Shown: positions 46,301 to 60,834 of the stretch, one piece after another
Layout: every line of letters starts with the position of its first letter
Numbering within the stretch: the first letter of the stretch is position 1
Assembly: GCA_963749495.1 (NCBI GenBank)
Contig: CAVVMW010000023.1
Span: 672,001-736,000 of the forward strand
Direction of reading: 5' to 3'
Length of the DNA stretch: 64,000 bases
DNA from: an uncultured bacterium
GTDB lineage: Bacteria; Verrucomicrobiota; Verrucomicrobiia; Limisphaerales; UBA8199
Translations under genes and position numbers: made by a program
The notes under the pieces: generated by a model
What the model saw: only the letters and a program-made list of their open reading frames with translations
The model's database searches: none
What the model was told of the DNA's origin: nothing

Positions 46301-49300
46301 TCCAGCCTCTCGGCCTATGCCGGGACGCCCGATCCTTACTGGTACTTTGCCTTGTTTCCGATTTTTTCCATCCAAGGCGCCATTGACCCCGTTCGGGTTT
46401 CTTACTTCCGACTCGACCAACATAATCTTCCGGTTCGGAGGCGTGGATACCGATTACACGCCCTGCATGCCGGTGACCGGCCTCATCAAGACCTCAGACA
46501 CTTTCCGCGTGCCGCATGACGGCCTCACCTTCTATCACAAGCTGAGCGATTACCATCCGCCCGTAAATGACACAAAACAGACCGCTCTGCCCATCCAGCC
46601 TTCGTCCGATCTTTTCGGCGGCATCCTGAGCCTGGGAACGGCTTTCGCCAGCTACAATTATTTGGCCCAGACCGAGGACGACGGCCTGCAGAACAGCGTC
46701 TGGTATTCATTCTACATACCGGTCCCCGGAACCTTCTATCTGAACAACACCTTGTCCCAGCCGCTGGTGATAATCCCCGTGAACATCACGGACACGAACC
46801 AGCTCGCGGACGCGGTTGGGATTTACGATTACCACACCAACGCCCTGCCGGCCTCGCCGGTGTCCTACAACACAGTGATGACCGAGCCGGTCATCAACTT
46901 TCGGGGCATGACGCCCGTCAGCGCGGCCAACCTTCAATACGAAGAGGATCTCCAGTGGATAGCCCCCTTCACCGGGCTGGCCTGCATCACCGTCAACCAA
47001 GCCCAGGTCAGCATCAGCGCGCCCTACACGGTAATCGCCGGTTCACCGAACTCCGAGTCCATCTCGTTCATGGCGAAGGCAGGCACTACCCACACGATCA
47101 AGATCACTGCAAACTACGCCCTTGGCGGGACCTCCCTGCAACTGAAGCCCGCCATCCCCACGGCGGTGCCCAATGCGCCGCTTGGCCAAGCGATCACGGT
47201 CGGCCCCGCCAACAGCACTGCAGGGACGAGGGCCGTGCGCATGGACCCGGGCTGGTATTACCTGGTGCAGACCGGTCTGAATTCCGACGGGATCATCGCG
47301 TTCAGCTTCTACCAGGACGCCGCCAACAATTCCTTTGACCACGCCATCGCGGTCGGCAACTGGACGACGACGCTTTTCGGGAACGGCCGCATGCTCTCCG
47401 CTCAATACAACGTCAAACTCGGCTCGTCTTATGCCAGCGGGAACGATCCCGGAGCAGGCAAACTGGCCGGCTGGTATCAATTCGTCAGCCCAAGCGCCGG
47501 GCTGCTCAACGCGTCGTGCCGCGACGGCACGTTCGACATGGCAACGCTCTACACCGGGCCGGACGCCGATCACCTCACGCAACTGGCGACGGGCCAATCC
47601 TTCCAATACGCGGTGGCGGCGGGCGTGCAGTATTACATCGAAGAAACATCCACCGGCCCGGCCAGGGGCACCAGGATTCTCAGCATCACGGAGCGGCCCT
47701 GGAACGACGATTTCCAGGCGGCGATCACCCTTTTCACCAACAACCCCGCGATCACAAACGTCGCCGGAACCAATTTTTACCTGTACGAGTTTACCGCGCC
47801 GCCGGGGTTCTGGCCCACGATCCAGGACACCAACGGCAACGCCTATTTCCTGAGAAACTGGTACCGGGTCGAGGCGCAGGACTTGGCAGATATCTCGGGT
47901 CTACGGATGGAACACGACGCTCGACGCCGAGGTGACAACGCCGGGGAATCACGCCTACGCCGACATCAACATGAACGCGCCGATCACGCTGAGCGGCAGC
48001 AACGCCTACAACTCGACTGTTTACGTGAGGCCGGAGGCGCGCGCGCAGGTGTTCCCCGCCGTCTGGGGCCCGAACGCGTTCTCGATCAACGTGCCTTGGA
48101 CCTGGAACTACACGGCCAACCAACTCATCGCCAATGTCGTGTCCAACGGGCCATCTGTTTACGATATTGCGTACAGCTCCATCAACGACCCGCGTTACCA
48201 GGGCCTCTTCGATCTGTCCGTGTTTTCGATAGGCAACAATCTCAGCTATCTCTACGCCGTTCCGGGAAACGTGGCGGTGAAGCTGGGCGACCAGGAGGTG
48301 AGGATGAAGTACGTTTTCGTCCTGCGGCAACCCACGGGCGTCAAGCTGACGCCGGTATTCCCGGTGGGCGCACAGTTCGCGGCCGACCCGGCGGAGGTGA
48401 AATCCCGGAAGATCCAAATGCAGGCGCGGGAATACACCATGCTCTCCACGCTTGAGGGCGGCGAGCCCAACAAACCCGGCTCGGGCGGCGGGTCGATCTG
48501 GTGGAACATGACGGCGCCATTTGCGGGCTTTCTGCGCCTTCACCTGGACCCGGTCTACGACGGCTGGAGTTGGTCGGCAATACCGCTGGTCTACGTGTGG
48601 TCAGGGGACACCCTGTCCACGCTGACCCCGCTTGGCAGCAACTACGTTTCGGCGAGTTCGCTCAACAATGAGCTGATCATCGCGGTGGAGACGGGACAGC
48701 AACTCTGGATCAGCGCCGACCGCCAAGGCGCCGGCAGCATCTTCACCCTCACGGCAACCATGGAGCCACTGCCGATCAACACCGATCCGGACCATGCGAC
48801 TTCGCTGGTCGGAAGACATTTCGCTTTCGAGAATGGCGACGACTGGGTCTACACCAGCACATTTACGATCTATCCGCTTTCCGCCCTCTACACCAACAAC
48901 GACCTTTGGTTCAAGCTCACCGCGCCGGCGGACGCACGGTTAAGCGCTGACACCAACGGGTCTCTGCTGACCTTGTTCAACGCGCTCAAGCAGGACCTGC
49001 ACATCGAACCGCCAAGCCAGAGCTACATCGGCAGCCTGACGCTCTTCCTGGCCACGGACGACCCTGCCGCCATCTACTACACCGTGGACGGCTCAAGCCC
49101 GACCACAAATTCCACGCCCTACACCGGGCCGTTCACCATCACGAATTCCGTGACGGTCAACGCCATGGCCTGGCGCGCCAACCGGTCAAGTGTCTATGAC
49201 ACGGAAAGCTACGTGCATTTCAACGGGATCGCCGCCACGCCCAGCACCGGGAGCCTGACCAACAATAACGGGCCGCTCCAACTGACGCTCCGGAACCAGG

Positions 49301-50898
49301 ACGGGGATGGGAGCATCCTCTACCGCTTATCGGGAGGGGACTGGCAGGCCTACACCGGCGGTCTCTCTCTTGACGGGATGCCCAACGGAGAAGGCTACCT
49401 TTACTACACGACGGTTCGGAACGGGGTGACCAACCCGATCCAGAGCGCCTTTATCAGCTTCAAGGCAACCGCGCCGACCGTCTCGCCACCCGGGGGAATC
49501 ATTTCCGATCAAGTCAGCGTCAGCGCGACACCATCGCGCAACGGGGACACGGTTTGGTACGCCATCGGCGACATCCTCGGAGGCGAAGCGGGCAGTCCGG
49601 ACACGCTCTACACCAACAACATCATCGTGCCGTTTGGGAGCCGAGACCTCAAGTTCACCGAGAGGCGAGACGGCTACCTCGACAGCGACATCATCGATGT
49701 GCGCTACACCGTGCCGCTGCTCACTCCCCGCGCAACCGGCTTGGTCACCAACGGCCTGCAGGTCATCCATGTCGATCCCGCCATCCGCGCCGGCACCGTG
49801 CTGATGGTGCAACCCGACGGCACTACAGCCTCGGAATGGGCCGCCCAGCCATTCGATTTTCAGATCAACGAACTGGGCAGCTACCAGATTTATCAGACCA
49901 ATGCGGGCTGGCTGCCGTCTGGCACCAACATCGTCGTCTGCACACAAGCGTGGGTAAACATCAGCTACGCGTTTCCTAATGGGCTGACGTTCCCCCAATT
50001 CGGTCCCTATGCGCCGGTGACTGGCTACGATCCCACTCCGAAACTCACGGTGACCAAATGGCCGGCCAGCGCGAGCGTTTTCTACACTCTCGATGGCACC
50101 ACCCCCTCAGCGGCGAACGGGACTGCGTACGCCACGCCGTTCACGCTGCCAGGGACCAACGGGACCGATAACATCACGGCCGCCGGCTACATCAACGGCG
50201 GCCTGGTCCAGCAGACGAACCTTTATATTACTCACCTTCCGGCGCCGCAATTCCAACCGGCGACGTCCGGGGAACCCGCAAATCCGCTGCATCTGAGATT
50301 CGACGACGCGTTTCTGCCGGCAGGCGCCATCGTGGCGCTCAAGATGATCGCCCCGAACGGCCAGGTGTCCTACCAACTTGTCGACGACCCGAGCGCGGTG
50401 GCGATCGCCCGATCGGCGCTGGACCGGATCAACAACCTGAGCGCGACGCTGCTGCAGGGCGCAATCACCGGATCGCTCTCAGCCCAGCAGCAACAGGACG
50501 GGCAGACTTACCTCAACTGCTATCGGACCCAGGGCGCCTATACGACCAGAGCTGTCCCCGCCACGGCCTCCCTCACCGACACCAGGCTGGTTGAGTGGCT
50601 GGACGGGCAAAGCGTCCAGGCGGGGGTGTGGAGGCTCAGCCTGGTGACGATCCCATCGGCGAGTTGGGAGGGGTGGGTCTCCTTCTGTCCGATTCCCGAC
50701 TGGGGCTACGACCGCTATCAAGTGGCGCGCGATTTCGAGAGAGACACGGGCGCAGTCGGCTTCGCAAGTCAAAGCGATCCGAACGCGATCGTGGGGCTGG
50801 GCTATAGCATTTCGGCTTTCGGAGCTTATGGAGAATCGGCCTCCGTTTACGTCAACGTCAGCCCGAACGGCCCTTCCGGAACGATCGTCAACCCGTGA
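34313..50898 (+). CDS. Giant extracellular repeat protein (about 5500 aa when joined), 5' end removed at the IS boundary; about 6 frameshifts (near 35747, 36455, 42315, 46250, 46385, 47870)
   Basis: Fn3-associated/chitobiase-C-like modules (YYTxDGSxPTTNSxxYTGPxxI), NDxFxxA..GE..SVWY modules and two lectin-like beta-sandwiches; motifs continue across the frame changes. Confidence 0.75.
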
Positions 50899-50917
50899 GC
50901 CGCCGGACAACAAAGGT

Positions 50918-53900
50918 ATGAATCGCAGGACTGAAAAGAGAAGCCCCTGGAAAACTGCACGCTTTTGCAGGCGCACACTCCTGGGACTTTGCCTGGCCGC
51001 CGCAGTGTCCGCGTCATTGGGGAGTCGCGCGGCATCCACTGGGGACACGCATCAATACTCCACGCCGTGGCCCGTGCCGGGCTGGTCGCTCACGTATATC
51101 CCCGTGACTGCCGACCCGATCACGGAGCGGCCGGTGATCCCCTACGTGGACCTCGTGAACCGGCTGGAATACCTCGTCCGGGCCAGAGGAAATCCCGGCA
51201 CCTACAACCTGCAGCTCGACTTGCGAACGCTTCCAAGGCACGACCAGTTTGAGGACGCGCTGGTCCTCACCAACTTCCCAACGCAGGCAATCGCGCAGTA
51301 CAACATTTACGGCACCAAACAGGCCGGCGAACCGGCCGTGATTTACCACGGCGCCACTCTTTGGTACATGCTGCTGGCCCCCAACGGGCGGATCACCGTC
51401 ACGGTCAACAGCAGCGGCTTCAACAAACCGATCTCACAGCCCTACATATCCGTGTGGCAGGGAACCAGCGTCTCCCAGTTGACGTTTGTGGCCGAAAACC
51501 GGGTGCCGCTGACCAACAGCGTGAACCCTTACAGTTTCCCCAACCAGTTCGCGTTCACCGTCAAGGCCGGCAACACCTACTACATCCGCCTCGACGCGGC
51601 CGACAGGGACGGCGAATACCAGGCAACCTGCCAATACCAGGGAGATGCGCCCAACGCCTTCGTGGGGAACGCCATAGCCCTTGAACTCGCACCCAAGCAA
51701 TATGACAATGGCGCGCGCTACACCGGCACGGTGCATGGCAACAATTACGGGTCTGGCACCGAACCCGGGGCGCCCCTCGATCTGCAAAACACGGTGTGGT
51801 ACAAATTCCAATCCCCGATCAGCGGCTATGTTGATGCCACGGCGTTCAACGGGACTAATCACCAAGCCTGCCTCTTCACCGGCCCGGCCGGGGCCCAGAC
51901 GCCGGCCATCCTGAGCCGCCAGACCATCCCCAGCTACGTCAACCAGGGCCAGTGGTGTTACCTGGCTGTCAGTGGCCCTTACCAGGGCGAATTCGACCTG
52001 CGCATGGCGGTGACCATGGCCCCCAGCAACGATTACAGAACCAACGCCATTGTTCTGAACCAATCCTATCAGTCGCTGATGTACGACTACTACGCGACGG
52101 CCAACGAACCCGAGGACTTTCCAGTCCCGGGCGTTCACAACTCAATCTGGTGGGAGATCGATCCGCCGTACGCGGGCACGTTCTCGCTCCGCAGCGTGGG
52201 CGGCCCGTCCGGCCAGGACTTCAATGAGCAACCGTGGCGGCTCGTTCTCCTTGACCCCGTCACGCACCGGCCGACCACGACGGTTCAACCGGTATCGCGC
52301 AGCCCAGGACTGGTGACCTGGAACGTCAGCTCAAACGCGAGCTACGACCTGTGGTTTGGCGCGCTTGACTCGCAGGTGGGCGAGGGCGTGCTCTCGTTCG
52401 AGATGTGGCCCAGCCCGACGAACGACATTTTCAGCAGTCCGATCGATATCACCTCCCACACCAACATTCCCTACAGCAACGGCACGGTAATCAAATACAG
52501 CCTGGACGGACACAACAACGGGGCCACTCAGACCGATGAGCCGGTCCAAAACGCTGTCTGGTACCGCTGGACCTCGCCGGGCTGCGGCCATTTGGATGCG
52601 GAGATATCCTCGGCCGTTCCGACGTTCCTTATCGGCCAGATCGGGAGCACGGTTTCCAGCTTCGCCACGATTCCCAACCCGAGCGTCGTCACGAACGGTG
52701 AGGTTGTGACCATGGCGGTGGGCGGGAACTACGACACGTACACGCTTTCCTGCGACTTCAGAACCACGCCGAGCAACGACGAGGTCACCAACGCGCTCCC
52801 CATCATTCTCGGCAATCTCTACACCTGTTACACCCGCTATGCCAATCTCAACCCGGATGACGGCGCCGGGGCGAGCGACATATGGTTCACGTACGATCCG
52901 ACGCAATTCGCCGGCCCAGTCGAAATCCGCGTCAACCCGGACCGGAATGGCAGGCCGGTCACCCTTTGCCTGACGCAGGGCGGCCAGGCGATCGGATCGC
53001 ACACGTTCAACAGCCGCGGCGAGGATCCCTACACGCTCGATATACAGACCAACGGGATTGTCACGATCCGGGCCGTGTGCCTCTATGCTGGCGAGGATTT
53101 TGGCCTGGTCATGACCTACCAGGCGATCAACGACAACTTCGCAGACCGGATGGCGCTGAGCCTGGAGCCGAGGTCGTGGGACGTGAATACTCCGATGGGT
53201 CCGGTGAGCATGGCCGATTATTACCGCCGCGTGGTGGTCAACAACCGGAACGCGACCATGGAATCGGGCGAGGTTGGGCCGAACACGCTGCAGCGGGCGC
53301 CGGTTTCCGGCAAATCCTTGTGGTGGCAGTTTACCACGCCGAACGTCCCCGGCACGCTGAGCATCAAGACCAGTCCAGGCGGGATACCACTCAGTTACAT
53401 GCTGACCACCAGGGGTTCCCTTCCCACGGCGCCGAAAGATTACGTCGCCTACAACCGCACGGAAGACAGCCAGGCGGTGATTCTCAACAGCGTCCCGAAC
53501 ACGGCCTACCAGCTTCGGGTGGACACCGAACTGGGGTACCAGGACCAGCTGGTGGACTTCTCCATCATGGTGATCCCGTTTCCGACGAACGATTTCATGC
53601 AGAGCCCGCAGGAGTTGCCGGTCCAGGCGACCACGACGACATCCACTTACAAGAACAGGTACACGCTCACTGAGAATTACTACCAAACGGCGGTGGCTTC
53701 ATCGATCTACGGCGGAACGAGGCAGGCGATCGGAAACACCCTGGACGGCCAAATCGTCGAGACGTTGGCAATCTTTGCCTGGTACAACACGGGGCTGGCG
53801 GACTTTCCCTACGGCCAGACCGTCTGGTACCATCTGAAGTCACCCGACCTTCGGAGTTACACCGTGTCCACGGCGGGAACCACCTTCGAGCCGTTCGTGG

Positions 53901-56900
53901 CGATCTCGGACGGGTTCCCAGCCCACACAGCCATGCGCTACCTGCCGGACGGCGCCCAGGTGATTCTCGACCCGGCGAAGGATTATTACCTGCTGGTTGA
54001 TGCGCTCACGCCGTACGCGCAATGGCTCAACGACTACGGGCGCGAACCCACCGTCGGCCCGGTGAACGCCGAGTACCAGGCCTTCGACCTCAACCGGGCG
54101 TGCCAGGATTCCATCGCCGGGGCGCTCAACCTCAAGCTATACACCGCCGAACAATCCCCGAACAACCTGTTCGACCTGGCCTCGACCATCACCCTGGCGC
54201 CCGCCTTCCTGCCGGGAACCAACGCCGCCTGCGGCAACTACATCAGCGGGTTTTACGGCTACGGCATCGGGGACAACTCGAGTGCCACAGCCGATCAAGC
54301 CCGTACGATCAGTTCCCGAACGGCGCGGGCAAAACCCTGTGGTGGAAGGTGCAGGCGCCAAGGAGCGACTTCTTGAGTTTCGACCTTTCCGACAGCTCGT
54401 GCCCAGTGGTCACACGCGTATTCGACGACAACACCCGATCGAACTGGGTGACTTACACCAGCCCAAAAGTCCAAATCCTGGCGCAGGCGGGCCACACGTA
54501 CTTCGTCGGGGTGGATTCGACCGCCGGCAACCAGGGCATTATCGTTGTGGCCGCGACGCAGCTTTCGGCCGCTCCAATCAACGACAACTTCGTCAACGCG
54601 CGCGAGATCACTTCCGCGATCACGTGCGGAACAATGGACCACGCCACCCTGGAGCAAGGGGAGAGCACCGAGGGCCAAGGAAGCGTCTGGTACCGGTGGC
54701 ATAATTACGCAAACACCCCCCAGGACGTCGCGTTCCGGCTGCTGGCCGGCAACTCCAAGCTGATGTCGCTCTACCGGGGGGATTTCAGTTCGGTGAGCAA
54801 TCTGATCCCGGTGCAGATCGATGCGACGAGCATCGCCTACACGGCTCAACCCGGAGAAACCATTGCGCTGCGCGTTTACGACCTCAGCTATCCGGTGAGC
54901 GGCCAGATCGAGATCACGATGCAGACGGGGACGAACTATTACCTCGGCATGCTCGACATCACGCCCTCCACGACCTTCACCAACAGCCTGCTGGTGCGCG
55001 CCCGCTCCACCTCGAGCGCGCAACCCACGTTCTTCTTCAGCACCAACGGGCCGCCGGGGCTGGGCTCGCCGATATTCCCGGGAACCATGATGATCACGAA
55101 CTCGACGCACATGGAATTCCTGGCCTTGTTCCCGGACGGCACCATGTACGGCGTTTCGCGCGACTACAGCCTCGTTCCCGACGTGCGGCTCACCGGCTCG
55201 CAGGCATTCAAAGGCCTTCTGCAAATCTCTCTTTCCAATGCGCCGGCCGGAACGACGGCGCTGTTCTCCAAAGGCGATGCCGACGGGAGCCCGCCCACCA
55301 TGGCGCCGTCCGTACCCTTTGCGGGCCTGATTTTGGACGCCTCGGCGGATGTGCAGGTGTTGGTGAATGCGCCCGGATACAACGCCTTCACGCTGGAGGG
55401 CCACTACACCAACACGGTTGCAGACATTGTCGTAACTCCGCTGGGCAGCGAACAACTGTTCTTGTCCACTCCAACCCCGCAGGCGACGCTCACGGTGGTT
55501 CAGGGAGGAAACAGCGTCACATATCCGGCGAACCAGGTCGCGATCACTGCGGATTACCCGGTGCTTGATGTCATCGGCGCGCGGCGGGGCTGGCAGCCCA
55601 CGAGCAACCATATCGACCTTTCCACAAACTACGCAACGAGCTTGCTGCCGCTGGATGTAGCGACCAACGCCGTGGCGGCCAACCGACTCAGCATTACCAT
55701 TACTAACCCCAATCCGGCCTCGTACATCTGGTACACCTTGATGACCCCGGATGGACAGACCACGACGGGCCGAGCCACCAACTCGTTCCTGCTGGACGCC
55801 GCTTACTCTTTTGCCCTGAGCGCTTTTCCGGCCAGCCCGGCCATGAGCAGCCGCGGTCCCTCAACAAACATCACCTTCACGGCCACGCTGCTCGAGCCCG
55901 CGATTCTCCAGAACCCGGACGGGACGGTGGTGGTGCAAGACCCCAACACCAACGCCCAGAGCAGTTTGGTCGTGAACGACGTGCCTCTCGGCACGAGTTA
56001 CTGGGCGATGCCGTATGATGGGGAAGGGACGATAACAGCCTACGCGACATCGCCCGTCGCGAACAACAGCGCCACCAACTCGCTGGCCGTGACCTACGCG
56101 CCATACGTGGCGGTGTCACCGCCAACCGCGACGTTTTACACCAACATAACCGTTCACGTCTCCAGCGCATTGGGCAGCCACTTGATCATCGGACTCGACC
56201 AGGAGGGAACTCACCAGGACCTCTATTGCGCTACCCGCCAGACCGACATCACGCTGGACAGGCCCACGACGCTGACCGTCAGCGCCGAACGCTACGGCGC
56301 GGTTCAAGCCAGTTCGACCAACGTTTTCTACGCCAAGGTGAGCGCCCCAAGCGCAGAACTGCCCCTGCCCCAAAACGGCGCCTACCCCATCCTGACGCCC
56401 ATCGTGCTGAGTTCGCCTACACCGGGCGCATCGTTCAAGTACGCCATCGACTCGAGCGCGTTCACCGCCAGCAGCGGCCTGGCCTATATGGAGGATGGTG
56501 CCCATTACTACCGCTTCGTTGCGACCAAGCCTTACTGGCAGGACAGCGACGAGGTGGACATGACGCTCACCGGCTACACCCCCGATGTGTCGCTTGCAAA
56601 CTATGTCTCTCCCTTTTGGACGATTCTGCCGGGGATCACCACGTATGTCTATGCGACCAACGCGGCCCTGGTGTCCACTCCGTTCGTGCAGTTCCTCCAT
56701 CAGGTCTGGCTCGAGGGCGGTTCTCCAAGCCCTTTCATCCCCTTGGATTCTCCGGTGACAAATCTGCTGGTATGGCACCGCGTGGTGAAGGTCGAGTCGA
56801 GCGATGGGGTGAACCCGATCAGCGTGGTTGAGGGCGCGCCGCAGGCGACATTCATCAGCGCGAACTACTTCGACTTCCGCGTCGATGACCCGGACCCCAG

Positions 56901-57435
56901 GCTGCAGGTCGGGCCCGGCGCTGGCGACATCCTGTTTTACAAGCCGGTGTGGCTGATCGGCTCCTCCAGCAACCTGGTATTGCAGGCGGTCGGCAACGCG
57001 GTCGCTTACGATTTGACACCCGTCCGACAGGGCGACCGCTGGCCCATTCCGGGCAACCTCACCGGCCAAGACCACCTGACGCTACGCTACCGCGATTCGC
57101 AGGGAGGGAATTGGCAGTCATTCGTGATGCGGTTCCAGACCCTGATGCCCGAGCAGTTTTGCGCACCGACCAACGGCGCCTGGGACATCATCGTGAAGCT
57201 CGATCCGGGTTACTCGGGCCATCCCGTGGGGGCTTACTATGACACCAACAGCGTGTCGCTGCCGATCACGGCTCCGCTGCCGAATCCGATCGCCATCTCG
57301 AACCTGCTGGGATCGTTCGAGTATAGCAGCCACGCAACCAACGACGCCTACTGGATCAACAGCAAGTACGACATCACCAACTGGAGCGGCATCCACTGGT
57401 ACCAGAACCTGCCCGTTGTCCCCCTTTCACAGTAA
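50918..57435 (+). CDS. Large secreted repeat protein (about 2170 aa joined; frameshift near 54295)
   Basis: RBS-like AAAGGT; signal peptide with RRTLL; repeated PxNDxF..VWY modules, then degenerate Fn3-associated modules. Confidence 0.78.
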
Positions 57436-57436
57436 T

Positions 57437-60400
57437 ATGAGAAGGCTGCTTTCAATCATCAGCGCGGCTGCTGCACTGGCCGCAGTGCCGGCGTTCGCGG
57501 GCTCGGCACCAATTTGGCCCTCTACCCGCCCTTCAACGGAACCACGGGATGGCCCGCTCCACAGCCGCCGGCGGGTCCGGTTTTTTATGACACGAACCTC
57601 GACGTTTACTGTTCGTCTTACCTGACGACGATAGACCTGCGCTCAAGCCCGACCCAAACGGTCGATCAAGTCACCCGCGTTTGGGTCCCGAAATTCCAGT
57701 ATTGGCAGTGCGCTTTTTCTTTTTTGATCATGTGGGACGGGAACTGGCCCCGGTACTACGATGGCGGCTATTGGCCCGCCCTTTTCACTTCCGAGTCGGA
57801 GAACGCCCCGATCCCGGAGACCTGCGGCAACTTCTACAACATCGTCAGCAACCCCAGCGCGGACCTGGCAACACCGTCCTTCACCGGCGGCGGCCTTGTG
57901 GGGTCGGGAGCCTGCGCTGCCTTGAACGACCACAAATCTCCCTACGGGCTGCCCTACGGAACGCCTTTCAACACATACTGCCCAGGCGCGAAGGGAAACG
58001 GCTGCTGGAGTTACGTCGGCCCGACCTGCGGCGGGCTCTCAATCTACGCAGTTTATTCGACCTATTGCACCAGCAAACGGGTCGGCACGGTCTATGGAGT
58101 CAAAGATATCTCGCTTTCGTGCAATCCGCTCAACCTGGCCATCAACCTCGAAGACGTGGTGAGCGGATTGGATCCGAATGCGATCGTCTGCCGCGATCTT
58201 GGCGGCAACGTCGTTTTCATTGCATCCGACCCGTCCAAATGGGGCGGGCTTCCGCACGGTTACATCCGGCCTTACGCGAACTGGGTATTGTTCGGCCCGG
58301 ACCCGAACCCGAACGCCGCCGCGCTGCCGAACACGCCGTCCGCGCTGTCCAGCGGGTTCGCGGACGTCCTCGCCGCGGCTGCCGCGTTCAACGTCTATAC
58401 GCCTGAGCAGCTCAAGGCGGTAATCAAAGCCAAGACCGTTGAGTTGATGGCCGCCATCGGACCGCAACCCCTCGCCGGAGGGGGCACCAATGGCGTTTGG
58501 GGGATCGCTATCCCCCAAGACCTCGCCGATTCCTGCCAGACGTTGCAGTTCACCGTCTCCGACCTCAACATCGGATTCTGCCCGCCGCCCAACTGCCTGA
58601 CCTGCCCGCGAACCAATTCTAACGGAGGGCTGAACCTCGGTGGAACGGCCACCGGCGATTGTCCGCCGGATGGCGGATTGGGGAATGGCGGCCCCGGAAG
58701 CACCGCCAACACGATCGAACTGGCCTGGGCCACCGACACAAACAAATACGGGGGCTCCACGCTGCTGGCCGAGATGCCCTCTTTGCAGGCGTTGTTGCCA
58801 GCGAGCATCCCGCCGAGCGGAAACCTCTACCTGACCAACGTTTACGTGCCTGGCGGTTACGCGGCCATCAGCGTGTATCTGTTTGCGACCAACATCAATA
58901 CCGGTGAAGGGGCCATCCGGCAATTATCGCTCACGATCAACTCGAACGCCCCCGCCGTGCTGACCAACCTGGCGCCGGCCCTCAGCACGGATACCGACGG
59001 CAACGCAGTGGTATCGTTCAGCTTCGATGTGCAGTCCGATGCACCCTCCTGGATTCCATACCGCATACTGCAGGGAAACAGCAGCCAGCAGGGGATCGTC
59101 ACGGGTCCAACAAACGGGGCGACCCTGCGCTTCGTGACGGACCATTCTGGAGAGGTGGACCTGTTGCTGATGAATCCCTGCGGCTCACCGGCGTTTTCCG
59201 GCACCAATGTCGTTCTCCCGGGCGCCATCGCGCCGACCATCGAGCTTCTGCCGCTCTACCCGAACCCGCAAAACCCTCGCTTATTGCCGAGCGAGGACGC
59301 AGTGGGGACAGTGCTCTACCGAATCACCAACCCCAGCCCGGGCAACCAGACGGTCTTTTATACGTGCTATAACGCCGATCCCATGCCCGGAGAGCCCGGC
59401 ATACCGTTCTCGGGCAGCTTCACAAATGCTCAACTGGACATCACCAACAACTTCCGAAACACAGAGATGACCGCATGGGCGGTCCAGAGTCTCTCGACAT
59501 TGAAGTCCGCCGGAGTCAGCCGCACCGCCAGGTTGCACGTGGAGACGCCAATTCTGCAACTGCCGCCGGTTCTCAATAATGCCCTGACTGCCACCATCAC
59601 CAATCGCTGCCTAAACAGCCACGCGGTTGCCGGCGAGGAGATAGCCTTGACCGCTTCTCAGGGAATCAACGGCTTCACCGCCCTGGGCTATCGCACCGAC
59701 ATCCCGGGGACGGTCCAAACGGACCTTGATGGCAACAATGTTGAACCGGCGGGAGGACCGGGCTACTGGACCAACCAGCTCGCAAATGTGGCGCTCCCTA
59801 ACGGTTGGTATGCTCAGGCAAACCCTGGTGGCCTGGCGGGCGAGGACCCACCGGTGCTCACGGACGGGTTTTATGAGGCCAGCACCCGCTTCGACGTGGC
59901 CGCCATCCAGCCGACCATCAGCATTTCCAACGGCTTGGCGACTATCCAAGGGACCACAGCCACGACCAATGCGGCCCTGGCGCTCGAACGCTACAGCAAC
60001 GGTGCATGGACTGCACGGCAGATTCTCGCCGGCTTCTCGCCGGACGGGCCGCCCGTGACCTTCTCCAACGTGAACCTCGGCTTCTTACAGCGCATCTCCG
60101 GCACAAAGCTGCACTACAACCCGGCCTACTACAATCTCGCAGTGGTTCCGTACCTCGAGGTCCACGAAGATGTGTGCAACGGCGGATTGGTCTACGTGAC
60201 GGTCAATCCGGCGGTGACGAACGTGGCGGTGAGCGGGGCCGGCTTTTCGACCAACCTCGTGGCAACCAACCTGACGCAGGACGCAAGCGAGATGCTCCAT
60301 TTCCCGGCGTTCCGCCTGACGAACGGGCTTTACACCTTCACAGCCGCCGGCAACGGCGACGCAACGGCGCAGAGCCTGTCCGTGATCGGCAACTTCTCCT

Positions 60401-60810
60401 ACGCGCTCCAGTTGACCAACGCGGCAGGTGTCAACTTCGTTGTCGGTGTGAATCCCACGAACAGCCTGCCCATGTACATCCTCGACGTGTCGCAGGCCGG
60501 CAACCCGAACCTCATACTCTCCTCACCGGACAATCCGAACCTGAGCTTCAGCACCAATCAGAGCCCGAACGTCATCTTTGTGAACCCGCTCGAGGTTCGG
60601 ATCGACGTGTCCGGATTCGCCAGTTCCACCGATTTTGTGGTCGATTTGAATCTGATCAATCCGCCCAATTGCGCTGTAACGATCCCCTTGAACGTCGTTC
60701 TCCGGCGAGGCGGACCGGGCTTTGATATACCGGTGAGCCAGCCCCAGACAGGGGATTGCCTCAAGCTGACCAATCCGCAAGTGCCCGGAGCTGTCCCCAA
60801 ATGGCCATGA
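57437..60810 (+). CDS. Large secreted Cys/Gly/Thr-rich protein (about 1120 aa joined; frameshift near 57515)
   Basis: Signal peptide MRRLLSIISAAAALAAVPAFAG 1 nt after the upstream stop; joins ORF 57514-60810. Confidence 0.75.
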
Positions 60811-60834
60811 AAAACCGCGACTAAGAACAAAGTT

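Noticed and set aside
34313..60810. Giant proteins as RHS/CDI toxins or phage tail proteins
   Set aside because: No YD repeats, RHS core, hemagglutinin repeats or phage structural genes were recognised
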